Shown one piece after another: positions 38,056 through 48,214 of a stretch of DNA of 64,000 bases (the first letter of the stretch is position 1; each line of letters starts with the position of its first letter). The notes below the pieces were generated by a model that was not told where the DNA came from, did no database searches, and worked only from the letters and a program-made list of their open reading frames with translations. The position numbers were made by a program, and so were the translations under genes. The stretch is from Planctomycetota bacterium. Its GTDB lineage: Bacteria > Planctomycetota > B15-G4. The stretch is from contig CBDFJQ010000002.1 of NCBI GenBank assembly GCA_965248575.1, positions 800,001 to 864,000 on the forward strand. Reading direction: 5' to 3'.

Positions 38056-39282
38056 CTAGATGGCTCGCGTCCGCCGGCCATCGGCGCGCAACAGGAGTTC
38101 CTGGAAGGGGTTGTCCGTGCGCCAGACATCACCCGCCAGAACACTCATGACGCCGTGCCGCATCTCCAAGCCCGCTGGGTCATTCAGGAACATCGTCTCT
38201 GCAAAGCGCGTGTTGTAGAAACGGTCGATGAGTTGCGCGAAGGTGCGGTACACCCGGTCCATGCGATCGTGCTGCGGGGCCAGCAGCTCGGCATCCGCCT
38301 CGGTCCCTGCATCGAGGGCCGACCCGAGCAGGTCGGCCACGTCCTCTGCACCGCGCATGGCGAGCACGACGCCCGAGGAAAAGACGGGGTCGAGGAAGCA
38401 GGCAGCGTCCCCGATGACTCCGAAGCGTGACCCGCTGGATTGGGTGTTGCGGTAGCTGAAGTTCCGGATGACGCCGGTTTGCACGCGGGTCGCCCCGGCT
38501 GTCCAGCGCTTGACGAGTGGGCCCGACAAGAAGCCCTGCTCGCCATCGAGAGACTCCAGGCTGACCTTGCTCTGCGAAACCACGCCGAGACTCAGGCGAC
38601 GGCCAGGCAGTGGGATCATCCAGCCCCAGCCGTCCTTGCGCAGCAAGATGCGCACGTCGTTGCCTTCGCCGATGGCCTCCAGCGCGTCATCGCTCAGGTG
38701 CTCGAAGCGGGAGTAGACGGCGGCGGCTCCGAAGCATTCGTAGGGTTTCACGCTGTCCAGTGCCCGACCCAGGAAACGGTCTTGGCCGGAGGCGTCGAGG
38801 AAGAAGCGCGCCTGATAGGTCTTCAGCGTTTCGGGCTCTGTCTCATTGAGCGCGTGCACGACGACCCCCGAATCGCCGAACTCCACGTCCGTGACGGTTG
38901 TGCCGTGCAGAACCCGGGCGCCGCTTTGCAGAGCGACGTCGCGCAATTGGGTGTCGAAGTCAGCCCGATCGACGTGCCACGCGTGCTCGGGGCAGCCAGG
39001 CAGCGCGTCGTGGAAGGGGAAGGTCTGCGAGCGGCCGGTCTCCTCGCACACGAACTCGGCGCCGCGCTTGTAGAGATAGATGTCGCCCTGCGGTTTCACG
39101 CCCAGGCGCTCCAGGATGGGCATGCCGGCAGGGAGCAGGGATTCGCCCACGTGAAAGCGTGGGAACTGCTCCTTCTCGAGCACCGTCACGCTGTGGCCCA
39201 TGCGAGACAGGAGTGCCGCCGCTGTGGAACCCGCCGGGCCAGCGCCCACGATCAGCACGTCTTGAATGGGTGGTGTGCTCAA
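38056..39282 (-). CDS. Flavin-dependent halogenase-like FAD oxidoreductase (carrier-protein-substrate type)
   Basis: GAGPAG, FPRFHVGESLLP, YKRGAEF, VDRADFD, WGWMIP, GDAACFLDPVFSSGV. Confidence 0.8.
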   Translation of the reverse strand: MSTPPIQDVLIVGAGPAGSTAAALLSRMGHSVTVLEKEQFPRFHVGESLLPAGMPILERLGVKPQGDIYLYKRGAEFVCEETGRSQTFPFHDALPGCPEHAWHVDRADFDTQLRDVALQSGARVLHGTTVTDVEFGDSGVVVHALNETEPETLKTYQARFFLDASGQDRFLGRALDSVKPYECFGAAAVYSRFEHLSDDALEAIGEGNDVRILLRKDGWGWMIPLPGRRLSLGVVSQSKVSLESLDGEQGFLSGPLVKRWTAGATRVQTGVIRNFSYRNTQSSGSRFGVIGDAACFLDPVFSSGVVLAMRGAEDVADLLGSALDAGTEADAELLAPQHDRMDRVYRTFAQLIDRFYNTRFAETMFLNDPAGLEMRHGVMSVLAGDVWRTDNPFQELLLRADGRRTRAI

Positions 39283-40028
39283 CGGAAGCCGCCGTCGATG
39301 CCGATCACCTGGCCCGTGATGTAGGCAGCCTCTGACGACGCAAGGAAGGAGACAAGGGAAGCCACCTCCTCGGGTTGGCCGACTCGGCGCATGGGGATCA
39401 TGGACGTCACGTCGATGGGGATGGACTCGATCATGTCAGTGCCGATCAGCCCGGGGGCCACGGCATTCACGGTGATCTTGCGCTTGGCGAGCTCCAGGGA
39501 GAGCGACCGCGTGGCACCCAGGATACCGGCCTTGGCGGCGGCATAGTTCACCTGCCCGCGATTGCCCCGCAAGGCGGAGATGGAGGACATGGAGATGATT
39601 CGGCCCCACTTCTGTTGGACCATGGGCATCACCAGCGGTTTGGTGACGTTGAAGAAGCCCTGCAGCGTCGTGTCGATCACGGCGTCCCACTGCTCCCCGT
39701 TCATGGCAGGGAAGGCTGCGTCCTGTGAGATGCCTGCGTTGTTGACCAGCACCGCGATGGGAGTGGGCTCCGCCAGCAGCCGATCGATCGATTCCTGGGT
39801 GGCTTCGCGGTCTGCCACATCGAAACCCACGGCAACGGCCTCGCCGCCGGCAGAGCGGATCTCCTCGACCACCTGGGCCGCGGCCGCCTCGCCCGTGCGG
39901 TAGTTGACCACGACTTCGTAGCCATCGGCAGCGAGGCGCCGTGCCACCGCAGCGCCGATCCCACGGCTGCCGCCCGTAATCAGCGCTCGTCGCTTTGGAG
40001 TGCTGCCCGTGGAGGGCGTGGGCGTCAC
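39279..40028 (-). CDS. fabG: 3-oxoacyl-ACP reductase
   Basis: TGGSRGIG, NNAG, GNRGQVNYAAAK, NAVAPGLIGTDM. Confidence 0.9.
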   Translation of the reverse strand: MTPTPSTGSTPKRRALITGGSRGIGAAVARRLAADGYEVVVNYRTGEAAAAQVVEEIRSAGGEAVAVGFDVADREATQESIDRLLAEPTPIAVLVNNAGISQDAAFPAMNGEQWDAVIDTTLQGFFNVTKPLVMPMVQQKWGRIISMSSISALRGNRGQVNYAAAKAGILGATRSLSLELAKRKITVNAVAPGLIGTDMIESIPIDVTSMIPMRRVGQPEEVASLVSFLASSEAAYITGQVIGIDGGFR

Positions 40029-40585
40029 TCGCCAATCTCCGTCGCCACGCCCGCCTCATCAAACGCCACCAGGAACGTCGACCAGCGCGAGCTCCAGTAC
40101 TTCCAGCTAGAAGACTCCTGGCTGGGAGTTCCGGACGCCGGTGGGGGGCCCAAGGCGAGCAGCACGTCTGCCTTGTGCATGCCCGTCAAAGCTTTGCCTG
40201 CTTCGATAGCCGTGCGCTGCTCGTCGCTGTAGCTGCTGAGGTCGACGGGTTGGGCGGCAAACATCTCCTCGAAGGCCGTGGCCATGTCCTTGCCCGTGTG
40301 CTTGGCCATGTTCTGGACCAGCAGGGGGGAGCCGCTGTTCTTGATGATCAGCTTGGTCTGGCGCGAGTTGACGGCGATCAATTCGACCTCGGTGTTGATG
40401 GGCAGCAGCAGCCCACGCCGGTAGTTGGTGGTGGGGTAACGGCCCTTCTCGTAGCGCACGCTGAACTGGCTGTAGTAGGTCCCCCCCGGCGGATAGTCCA
40501 GGTTCATGGGGGAAGCACAGGCCGCGCTCAGGAGGGCCAGGCTGCAGATCAGCAGGGGGAGGTGCGGGCGGCGGAGCGTGAGCAC
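40025..40585 (-). CDS. Lipoprotein with a SmpA/BamE-like C-terminal motif
   Basis: Lipobox SAAC; GMHKADVLLALGPP...WKYW. Its stop overlaps the fabG start. Confidence 0.65.
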   Translation of the reverse strand: MLTLRRPHLPLLICSLALLSAACASPMNLDYPPGGTYYSQFSVRYEKGRYPTTNYRRGLLLPINTEVELIAVNSRQTKLIIKNSGSPLLVQNMAKHTGKDMATAFEEMFAAQPVDLSSYSDEQRTAIEAGKALTGMHKADVLLALGPPPASGTPSQESSSWKYWSSRWSTFLVAFDEAGVATEIGE

Positions 40586-40670
40586 GGGCAGATCCTCGAA
40601 TCACGGAAGAACGAAGGAACGGAAAACGGAAGCGCTGATTCTTCTCTCGCTGCGCCGTGGGTTCAAGTCG

Positions 40671-42056
40671 TCAGCGGGACATGCCTCGCATGGCGGCCAT
40701 GCGTTCGCGAAGGATCGGCAGCAAGGCCAGGGGCTCGTCACCAGCCTCGCCTGTTCCAAACAGGGCGGCGCTGGGATCTTCAGCCGACGCTGCCCACTCC
40801 AAGGTCATGCGCAAGGTTGGCTCGGCGGGGTCATCCACCAGGATCGTGAGGCGGGTCGGCTGCGCGCGATTGTATTCGAGACGCAGTTGCGACAGCGCAG
40901 GGCCCTCCCCGTCGCCGGGCGCCGCCTCGGCCGATGGCATGCCAGCGAAGGGGGCTGCGGGGCCCGCGAGGGCCACCATGCCTTCGTCATCCAGCACCAC
41001 CTCCAAGGCGGACATCCTCAGCAGGGCGTCGAGGGCATCCAACGGGTTGGACAGGGCGGGGTTGACCTCCATCAACAAGGTCATGGGCAGGGGGATGGGC
41101 ACTTCATCCATGAGCTCGCGCGCGTCGTCCCGCGTGATCCGGGTCCAGCCTTCGGTGGGCAGGGGCGAGGGCATGAAAGGGGAGGCGCTGCTGAACTTCA
41201 GGTGTAGGACCTTCCCGTCGTCGAGCACCGCCTCCGTCTCCTCCATGTCGCCGGGCATGCCCGGCAGGGACATGCTGCGAACCGCCTCGAGCCGGGTGCC
41301 CATGCTGCCGCCCAGGATCAAGGTGCCCTTGCGGGTCTTGCGCAGGTCGAGGGCTTCGCCCTCGGGGCCGCCCATGCGAATGGCGCCGGGCATGAGCAAG
41401 GCCTGCTCGAAGGTCAGGATGCCGCCTGCCGCAGACAAGTTCGCGCGCAGGGTTTCGAGGTGACGTGTGGCGTCGGCCGAGTGCGTGCCGTCCACGCGCA
41501 TCATCTCGGCGCGTGCTTCCTCACTCAGCCTCGGCGCGGCCTCCTCTTCGGGCGCCTGACCGGTGATGACGCGTTCGAGGGTGCGGTCCATGGCCATGGG
41601 GTGGCCGATGTATTGGATGATGCCTTCGCGGTCGACGATGAAGCTGCATGGGATGCCGGCTTGCCCGGCGGCTTCCATCCAGTCGATGTGCATGGAGCGG
41701 TCCGGGTCGGTGCTCATGCGGTAACGGGTGACGCCCGCGTGGCGGTCCTTGGCGAGGAAGGGCTCCACCGTGTCGAGCTTCTCGTCGCTGACGCCGATCA
41801 CCACGAGATCGTCGCCATACTTCTCCTGCGTTTCGGAGAGGTGCGGGAAGGCCTGGATGCACGGCTTGCACCAGGTGGCCCAGAACTCCACCAAGATGAC
41901 CTTGCCCTCAGGAAAGCCGTCGACGCGCTCGCCCTTCACGAAATGCTCGATGGAAAGCGCCGGAGCCTTGTCGCCAACGGACAGACGGTTTTGGGCCGAG
42001 GCGGGGGCGCTGAACAGGCACAAACACAAGGCGGCGGCTGCAAGAAGCTTCATCAA
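40671..42056 (-). CDS. TlpA/redoxin-family thiol-disulfide oxidoreductase with a large C-terminal domain
   Basis: Signal peptide; VGDKAP, EFWATWCKPC (CxxC), GIPCSFIVD (cis-Pro), GHP. Confidence 0.85.
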   Translation of the reverse strand: MMKLLAAAALCLCLFSAPASAQNRLSVGDKAPALSIEHFVKGERVDGFPEGKVILVEFWATWCKPCIQAFPHLSETQEKYGDDLVVIGVSDEKLDTVEPFLAKDRHAGVTRYRMSTDPDRSMHIDWMEAAGQAGIPCSFIVDREGIIQYIGHPMAMDRTLERVITGQAPEEEAAPRLSEEARAEMMRVDGTHSADATRHLETLRANLSAAGGILTFEQALLMPGAIRMGGPEGEALDLRKTRKGTLILGGSMGTRLEAVRSMSLPGMPGDMEETEAVLDDGKVLHLKFSSASPFMPSPLPTEGWTRITRDDARELMDEVPIPLPMTLLMEVNPALSNPLDALDALLRMSALEVVLDDEGMVALAGPAAPFAGMPSAEAAPGDGEGPALSQLRLEYNRAQPTRLTILVDDPAEPTLRMTLEWAASAEDPSAALFGTGEAGDEPLALLPILRERMAAMRGMSR

Positions 42057-42421
42057 GGCATCCAGGGGATTCAGGGGATTCGGGAGGCGAAAGGGGGGCT
42101 ACGAGCAGCTGGGGGCCGTCGGCGGCCGGGGCCCAAGGCCCAGAGCTTAGAGCGCCAGGCACTCCGCTGCCTACAGCCCGTCGAAGGCAGGGCTGTGGCA
42201 GATGCAGTGGAGTCTCGCTCCGGATGCGCCGATGGGAGCCGTGTGATGTTCGCAGGTGATGGGCCAGAGCACCGTTCTGCTACCCGCAATCTCGCAAGCC
42301 GACTACCCTGCAGAGAGCCCCTCACTCGCCCGGTGGGTCCCGACTCATGCACGCCGCCGGCGACAGTCATCGACACCCCGAGCTTCTCATAGTGACAATC
42401 TGCACCCTCGACCGAACCCAC

Positions 42422-44989
42422 GTGCAGCGCTCTTGGCCGCTCATGGCCCTCGCCCTGTGCCTGTTCAGTTTTGGATGGCTCTCGACAGCGGGTGCTCAGA
42501 CCGGCCAAACCGGATTGATGGGGGAGTACTACGACGACGAGAACCTGGGCACCCTCGTGGAGACCCGGCTCGATGCGGTCGTGGACTTCACCAACTGGTC
42601 GGGTGGCGCGCCCACCGGCACGGCTGTCACACCCGACGACACCTACTCCGAACGCTGGACCGGCGCGGTGCGCCTGGATGCCGCGGGGGACTGGACCTTC
42701 TCCACCGTCTCCAATGATGGCGTGCGCCTGTTCATTGGTGGGTTGGAGGTCATCTCCAACTGGACCCAGCACGCGGCGACCACGGACAGCGTCACGCTGT
42801 CGCTCATGGCTGGCCTGCATCCCGTCACCCTCGAGCATTACCAGGACGGTGGCGGCGTCACGATCCAGTTGAAGTTCGAAGGCCCCGGGCAACCCGAGGT
42901 GGTGATCCCCACGGATTACCTCTGCCCCGCCCCTGTCAGTAATTTCTTCCCCAGCGTGGATGTCGGCCTGGACAGGTACGTCGTTCCGCCGGACGACAGC
43001 ATCGTCTTGCAGAGCGTGGCCTTCGATCCGGATGGAGGTGCCATCGCCCAGACCCAGTGGGTCCAGCTGGCGGGCGCGCCCGTCACGCTGGCGGGCGCCA
43101 CCACCTCCGACCTGACGGTCTCGGATCTCGTCGTGCCCGACGACTATGTGTTCGAGGTGATGGTCTGGGACGATGCGGGCTTGACGGCCAGCGCGAGTCT
43201 GACGGTGACCCTGGCGGATTGCCCACCCACGGCGCCCGTTCCAATCTGGAAGAAGTGGTCCACCATTGTTCCGGGCCCCGTCACCGATGAGGCGTCCACG
43301 CCGAATCCCTTCCTCGACTACCGCCTGAACGCGACCTTCACGCATGGGGGCAGCGGCGAGACCTGGATCGTCCCTGGCTTCTTTGACGCCGACGGTCGCC
43401 CGCATGACAGCAGCGCGACGGGCGGCAACACCTGGCGCGTGAACTTCGCTCCGCCACGCACCGGCGGTTGGGTGTACGAGGTCTCGTTCCGTCAGGGGCT
43501 GGAGATCGCCATCAGCGAGGACCCCGCCGAGGGCGTTGCGCTGGCGAACGACGGCTTGACGGGTTGCTTTCAGGTGGGCCCACCCGACGTGGGTGCGACA
43601 GGCTTCCATCTGAGCGGCCCGCTCGTGGCCAGCGGCGGCCACTACCTGCGCACGGCAGGCGACAACAAGCCCTTCCTTCAGGCAGGCGCCAACAGCCCTG
43701 AGAACCTGCTGGCCTACTTCGCCTTCGACCAGACCAGCCAGAGCCACGGCTACTTCAACCACATCGTGGATTGGAACACCGGCGACCCCAAGTGGCAGGG
43801 GCTGGGCAAGGGCCTGGTGGGGGCCATGAACTACCTCGCTTCCGAGGGCATGAACACCATCTGGTTCCTGACCTTCAATGTGGCCGGGGATGGCAACGAC
43901 GTCTGGCCCTGGACGAGCTCCACGGAACGCGTGCGTTATGACACCAGCAAGCTGTCCCAGTGGAACCAGGTGTTCGACCACATGAACACCCTGGGTATGC
44001 AGATGTACGTGGTGACCCAGGAGCAGGAGAACGACACGGGCCTCCCCGCCCTGGACCAGGGGATGCTAGGCACCGAGCGGAAGCTCTACTACCGCGAACT
44101 GATCGCGCGCTACGGCCATCACCTCGGCATCATCTGGAACCTCGGCGAAGAGAACACCAACAGCGACTTCTGGCTGCGTCAGTTCCACGACTACATCCAG
44201 GACACGGACCCCTACAACCATCCCATCGTCATCCACACCTTCCCTTCCCAGTACAACAAGGTCTTCGACCCGTTGCTCTCCACCGATCGTCTGGACGGCA
44301 TCTCCTTGGCGATCCCCACGCCGCCCGACACCCATGACACGGTGCTCTACTGGCGCGAGCGGTCGGCAGAGATGGGGCGGCCCTGGTTCGTGGGCGCCGA
44401 CGAGGTCGGACCGCCCTCGCACGGCGTCTTGGAGGATTCCCTCGATCCGACCCATGACGACATCCGCAAGGGCGCCCTGTGGGGCAACCTCATGGCTGGC
44501 GGTGGGGGCGTGCAGTGGTACTTCGGTGTCGCGTTTCCAGAGAACGACATCAACCTCGAGGACTACCGCACGCGCACCAACATGTGGAAGCAGACCAAGC
44601 ACGCCATGGACTTCTTCCACACCTACCTGCCCTTCGACCAGATGGACCCGGCCGACGATCTGGTGAGCGCGACCGACGCCTGGTGCTTCGCGAAGCAGGG
44701 CGAGGTGTACGCCGTCTACCTGCCCACGGGCGGGACGACCCAGCTCGACCTCGGCCTGAACTTCGGGGCGTTCAAGGTCTCCTGGTACGACCCGCGTATC
44801 GGCGGCCCCCTGTTCCAGCACTCGACGGTGCTCGGGCCTGGCGAAGTCCTGTTGACGGCGCCGACGACGGGCGCTCCGGGCGACGATTGGGTGGCCCTGA
44901 TCAAGCGCAAGCCCATGGGCAAACCTCCCGTGCATGTGGGTCTGCGTAACGGGCCCCTGCCGAAGGTGCGCACCAAGCTCAAGAAGTGA
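42422..44989 (+). CDS. Secreted modular glycan-active protein: PA14 + PKD-like + DUF5060 + putative glycoside hydrolase core + collagen-binding-like C-terminus
   Basis: Signal peptide. PA14: GLMGEYY, YSERWTG, SNDGVRLFI. PKD-like: WVQLAG. DUF5060-like: NPFLDYRL, VPGFFDADG, WRVNF. Core: IIWNLGEEN. C-terminus: VSWYDPR. Confidence 0.75.
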   Translation: MQRSWPLMALALCLFSFGWLSTAGAQTGQTGLMGEYYDDENLGTLVETRLDAVVDFTNWSGGAPTGTAVTPDDTYSERWTGAVRLDAAGDWTFSTVSNDGVRLFIGGLEVISNWTQHAATTDSVTLSLMAGLHPVTLEHYQDGGGVTIQLKFEGPGQPEVVIPTDYLCPAPVSNFFPSVDVGLDRYVVPPDDSIVLQSVAFDPDGGAIAQTQWVQLAGAPVTLAGATTSDLTVSDLVVPDDYVFEVMVWDDAGLTASASLTVTLADCPPTAPVPIWKKWSTIVPGPVTDEASTPNPFLDYRLNATFTHGGSGETWIVPGFFDADGRPHDSSATGGNTWRVNFAPPRTGGWVYEVSFRQGLEIAISEDPAEGVALANDGLTGCFQVGPPDVGATGFHLSGPLVASGGHYLRTAGDNKPFLQAGANSPENLLAYFAFDQTSQSHGYFNHIVDWNTGDPKWQGLGKGLVGAMNYLASEGMNTIWFLTFNVAGDGNDVWPWTSSTERVRYDTSKLSQWNQVFDHMNTLGMQMYVVTQEQENDTGLPALDQGMLGTERKLYYRELIARYGHHLGIIWNLGEENTNSDFWLRQFHDYIQDTDPYNHPIVIHTFPSQYNKVFDPLLSTDRLDGISLAIPTPPDTHDTVLYWRERSAEMGRPWFVGADEVGPPSHGVLEDSLDPTHDDIRKGALWGNLMAGGGGVQWYFGVAFPENDINLEDYRTRTNMWKQTKHAMDFFHTYLPFDQMDPADDLVSATDAWCFAKQGEVYAVYLPTGGTTQLDLGLNFGAFKVSWYDPRIGGPLFQHSTVLGPGEVLLTAPTTGAPGDDWVALIKRKPMGKPPVHVGLRNGPLPKVRTKLKK

Positions 44990-45069
44990 GCGGGGTCGAG
45001 GCCGCCTGGAGTTCGGGCCCTCGCCATTTGCGATGATGGCTCGCCCCCCGACAGAGCCACCCACCACCA

Positions 45070-48000
45070 ATGCTCAACATCCTGTTCGCCGCATTGCTCG
45101 TGCTCGTGCCCCAGTCAGCGGCCGACGATGCAGAGACCGAACGCGCCTTGCTCCGGCGGGCGCTTCCGTTGCTCGCCGAGCGACCCATGTCGGCGCAGAT
45201 GGTCGGCGCCTACGAGGACCTTCATGGCCGCGCCTGGCGTCTCGGCGACGTCGAGACAGCGCACGCCGCCCTCGAGCGCATCGTGCCTTGGTTGGAGCAG
45301 CTGCACGGCCCCGACGTGGCGAACCTTGGCACTGCGCTCGACACCCTGGCCAACCTTCTCAGGGCGCGAGGGGACTACATCGCCGCCCGTCCGCTGTACG
45401 AACGCGGCCGGGCGAACCTCGAGGCGGCCCTCGGCCCCGAACACTCCAGAGTCGCCGGCAGCATCAACAACCAGGCTGTCCTACTCAGGGAACTCGGGGA
45501 CTACGCGGCGGCGCGGCCCCTGTTCGAACGCGCCCTGGCGATCGACGAGGCGACCTTGGGCCCCGACCACCCGGACGTCGCCTACATCCTGATGAACCTG
45601 GGCCACCTGCTCTACAACCTTGGGGAGTTTGAAGAGGCGCAGCCGCTGTACGAACGCTCGCTGGCGATCCGGGAGGCGGCGTTCGGACCCGAACACGCCA
45701 CTGTCGCCGACAGCCTCAGCAGTCTGGCCACCCTGCTCGTTGCCCGAGGGGACTACGCGGCGGCACGGCCCATGCACGAACGAGCCCTGGCGATCAACGA
45801 GGCAGCCTTGAGCCCGGACGACCCTGTTCTTGCCCTCGTCTTGAACAATCTGGCCAAGCTGCATTCGAAACTTGGGGACAACGCGGCGGCGCAGCCCCTG
45901 TACGAACGCGCCCTGGCGATCTGGGAGGCGGCCTTGGGCCCCGACCACCCGAAGGTCGCCCACAGCCTGAACAACCTGGCCAGCATGCTTAAGGAACGTG
46001 GCGACTATGCGGCAGCGCGGCCGCTGTACAAACGCTCCCTGGCGATCTGGGAGGAGGCCCTGGGACCCGACCACCCGCATGTCGCTTCCAGTCTGCAAAA
46101 CCTGGCCAGCGTGAATTACAAGCTCGGGGAGTACGCGGCGGCGCAGCAGCTGCACGAGCGCTCGCTGGCGATCCGGGAGGCGGCGCTGGGCCCTGAGCAT
46201 CCGAGCGCGGCCATCTCTCTCGAGGGCCTGGCGAATCTGCACCACGAACTCGGAGACTACGCCACAGCACGGCCGCTGTATGAACGCTCGCTGGCGATCC
46301 TGTTGGCGGCCTACGGCCATGAGCACGCGGACGTCGCCCGTGGCGTTCAGTCGCGGGTGCTCCTGGAGCTGGACGACGGGCAACTCGAACGAGCTCTGCC
46401 CTACGCCGAGCGCCTCGCCGATGACCGGGTCCATGTGCGCCGAACGATGGCCTCCCTGACGACCGGCGAGAGCCACCTGTTTCTCGCCAAACAGCGCCGT
46501 GCACGGAATGCGTTGCTCTCGGTGGCCGCCGCCGCGGACGATCCCGCCGCCGCCTACGCCACCGTCCTGGACAGTAAGGGCCAGGTGGCGCGACTAACGC
46601 TGCAGACCCGGGCTCAACTGCGGGACGCGCTGGACCCTGAGATCCTTGCGCTGATGGAGTCTTTGGCCCAGGTCCAGGGCCAGCTGTCGCGACTCGCGCT
46701 GCAGACGGACATCCCAGACCGCGAGCGGCACGGGAGGCAGTTGGACTCGTTGCGCACCGAGCGCGATGGGCTGGACCGTGAGTTGCGGCGGAAGGTGGAC
46801 GTGACGGAGAAGGTGGCTGTCACGGTGCAGGACGTCGCAAACAGCCTCCCGCCCGAGTCGCTGTTGGTGGACCTGCTGGTGCACGAGAGTTGGGTTGCAG
46901 CGGCCCACGACGGCGGGGTGTTTGTCCGGGAAGGTCACTGGTCCGAGCCGCGCGTGAGTGCGTGGGTGGTGCGGTCGGGCGCAAACGAAGTGCAGCACGT
47001 CGACTTGGGACCCGCTGCCGCCATCGAGGAGGCGGTGGCGTCGTTCCTAGGAGATCTCGTGGCTGTGGGCGGGGGCACGGCGCCGGAGCAGCGGGGCGGG
47101 AGTCTCGGTCGCGCACCCGACGCCCAGCAGGGCGGTGTCCAACGGACACTGCGCGCTCTGGTCTGGGACCCCTTGGCCGTGCACCTCGACGGGGTCGAGA
47201 CGGTCTTCATGTCGCCTGATGGCGTGCTCGGCACGTTGCCCTTCGAGACGCTCCAGGACGCGTCGGGTCGCTATCTCGTCGAGGATCTTGCCTTCGTCTA
47301 CGTCTCCAGTGGAGGTGCGCTAGTCAGGCACGGCAGCGCAGCCTCGCCGCTGGGCGCGTCGCTGCTGGTTGCCGGAGGGGTGGACTACGACCGCGGGCAG
47401 GATTCGTCCCCTTCCCTCGTTTCGCCGGGCGGCAGCGACTTGTCCCGGGGCTTTGCAGGCAGTTGGTCATCGCTCCCGGCCACCGTGGCGGAGGCCAGCT
47501 CCATCGTGGCGACGCACGCGGGCGCTCGGCAATCCGGCTCACGCCATCTGGTGCGCGGTTCCGACGCCACCGAGGGGCGCCTCAAGCTCGAGATGCCGCA
47601 GCACGCGATCCTGCACCTCGCGACGCATGGGTACTTCCAGCCCGAAGGCTTGCCCTCGATGTGGGAGGCGGCGCTGGATGCCGTGGGTGGCGTAGGCGGC
47701 GAGCGCGGGATGAAGGTGAGCGAGTCTTCCAAGCGCCTCACGGGCCTGCACCCCGGTCTTCTCAGCGGCCTGGTGTTCGCTGGCGCCAACAGTCCGCCCG
47801 ACGAGGATGAGGATCGCGACGACGGTTACCTGACCGCCTCCGAGGTCACACTACTGGATCTCTCGCACGTCGATCTGGTGGTGCTCTCCGCCTGCGAGAC
47901 GGGGCTCGGACGACCGCAGTCAGGCGAGGGTCTGCTTGGCCTGCGTCGTTCGTTCCACATGGCCGGCGCGGACACGGTGATCAGCTCGCTGTGGTCGGTG

Positions 48001-48183
48001 CAGGACGAGAGCACGTCGGAGCTGATGCAGGGCTTCTACACCAACCTGCTCGTCGACGGCATGGGGCGTCACGAGGCGCTGCGCACGGCCCAGCTCTCGA
48101 TGCTGGCCGAGAACCGCGAGAGGCACGCTGGCGGGATCCCCAGCACGTGGGGGGCGTTCGTGCTGAGCGGGGAGTGGCGCTAG
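45070..48183 (+). CDS. TPR-repeat + CHAT (caspase-like) domain protein with signal peptide
   Basis: Eight 42-aa TPR units; SPDGVLGTLPFE; catalytic dyad motifs HLATHG and LSACETG; SLWSV; WGAFVLSG. Confidence 0.92.
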   Translation: MLNILFAALLVLVPQSAADDAETERALLRRALPLLAERPMSAQMVGAYEDLHGRAWRLGDVETAHAALERIVPWLEQLHGPDVANLGTALDTLANLLRARGDYIAARPLYERGRANLEAALGPEHSRVAGSINNQAVLLRELGDYAAARPLFERALAIDEATLGPDHPDVAYILMNLGHLLYNLGEFEEAQPLYERSLAIREAAFGPEHATVADSLSSLATLLVARGDYAAARPMHERALAINEAALSPDDPVLALVLNNLAKLHSKLGDNAAAQPLYERALAIWEAALGPDHPKVAHSLNNLASMLKERGDYAAARPLYKRSLAIWEEALGPDHPHVASSLQNLASVNYKLGEYAAAQQLHERSLAIREAALGPEHPSAAISLEGLANLHHELGDYATARPLYERSLAILLAAYGHEHADVARGVQSRVLLELDDGQLERALPYAERLADDRVHVRRTMASLTTGESHLFLAKQRRARNALLSVAAAADDPAAAYATVLDSKGQVARLTLQTRAQLRDALDPEILALMESLAQVQGQLSRLALQTDIPDRERHGRQLDSLRTERDGLDRELRRKVDVTEKVAVTVQDVANSLPPESLLVDLLVHESWVAAAHDGGVFVREGHWSEPRVSAWVVRSGANEVQHVDLGPAAAIEEAVASFLGDLVAVGGGTAPEQRGGSLGRAPDAQQGGVQRTLRALVWDPLAVHLDGVETVFMSPDGVLGTLPFETLQDASGRYLVEDLAFVYVSSGGALVRHGSAASPLGASLLVAGGVDYDRGQDSSPSLVSPGGSDLSRGFAGSWSSLPATVAEASSIVATHAGARQSGSRHLVRGSDATEGRLKLEMPQHAILHLATHGYFQPEGLPSMWEAALDAVGGVGGERGMKVSESSKRLTGLHPGLLSGLVFAGANSPPDEDEDRDDGYLTASEVTLLDLSHVDLVVLSACETGLGRPQSGEGLLGLRRSFHMAGADTVISSLWSVQDESTSELMQGFYTNLLVDGMGRHEALRTAQLSMLAENRERHAGGIPSTWGAFVLSGEWR
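45367..46374 (+). repeat. Eight tandem 126-nt coding repeats (kinesin-light-chain-type TPR)
   Basis: Unit consensus xGDYAAARPLYERxLAIxEAALGPDHPxVAxxLxNLAxL, also visible at DNA level (recurring ctggcgatc, gggccccgaccacccg). Confidence 0.9.
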
Positions 48184-48209
48184 CTGGTCGGGGTGAAGTG
48201 GCTCGAAAC
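48182..48209 (-). repeat. Degenerate 3' fragment of tRNA-Pro (older att-like site)
   Basis: 48182-48196 (agctggtcggggtga) is identical to 54962-54976, followed by an eroded T-arm (tcgaa) at the same spacing. Confidence 0.7.
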
Positions 48210-48214
48210 GGCCG

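Noticed and set aside
22381..40028. Ladderane (anammox-type) lipid cluster or primary fatty acid synthesis operon
   Set aside because: No radical SAM or desaturase-like genes; the MMPL/LolA/DUF3261/GT2/LpxL-like set matches aryl-polyene-type clusters.
42071..43981. 636-aa minus-strand ORF
   Set aside because: Antisense to the PA14/DUF5060 gene, which has clear domain motifs.
45367..46374. Regularly spaced DNA repeats as a possible CRISPR array
   Set aside because: 126-nt period, in frame, encoding TPR units; no unique spacers and no cas genes.
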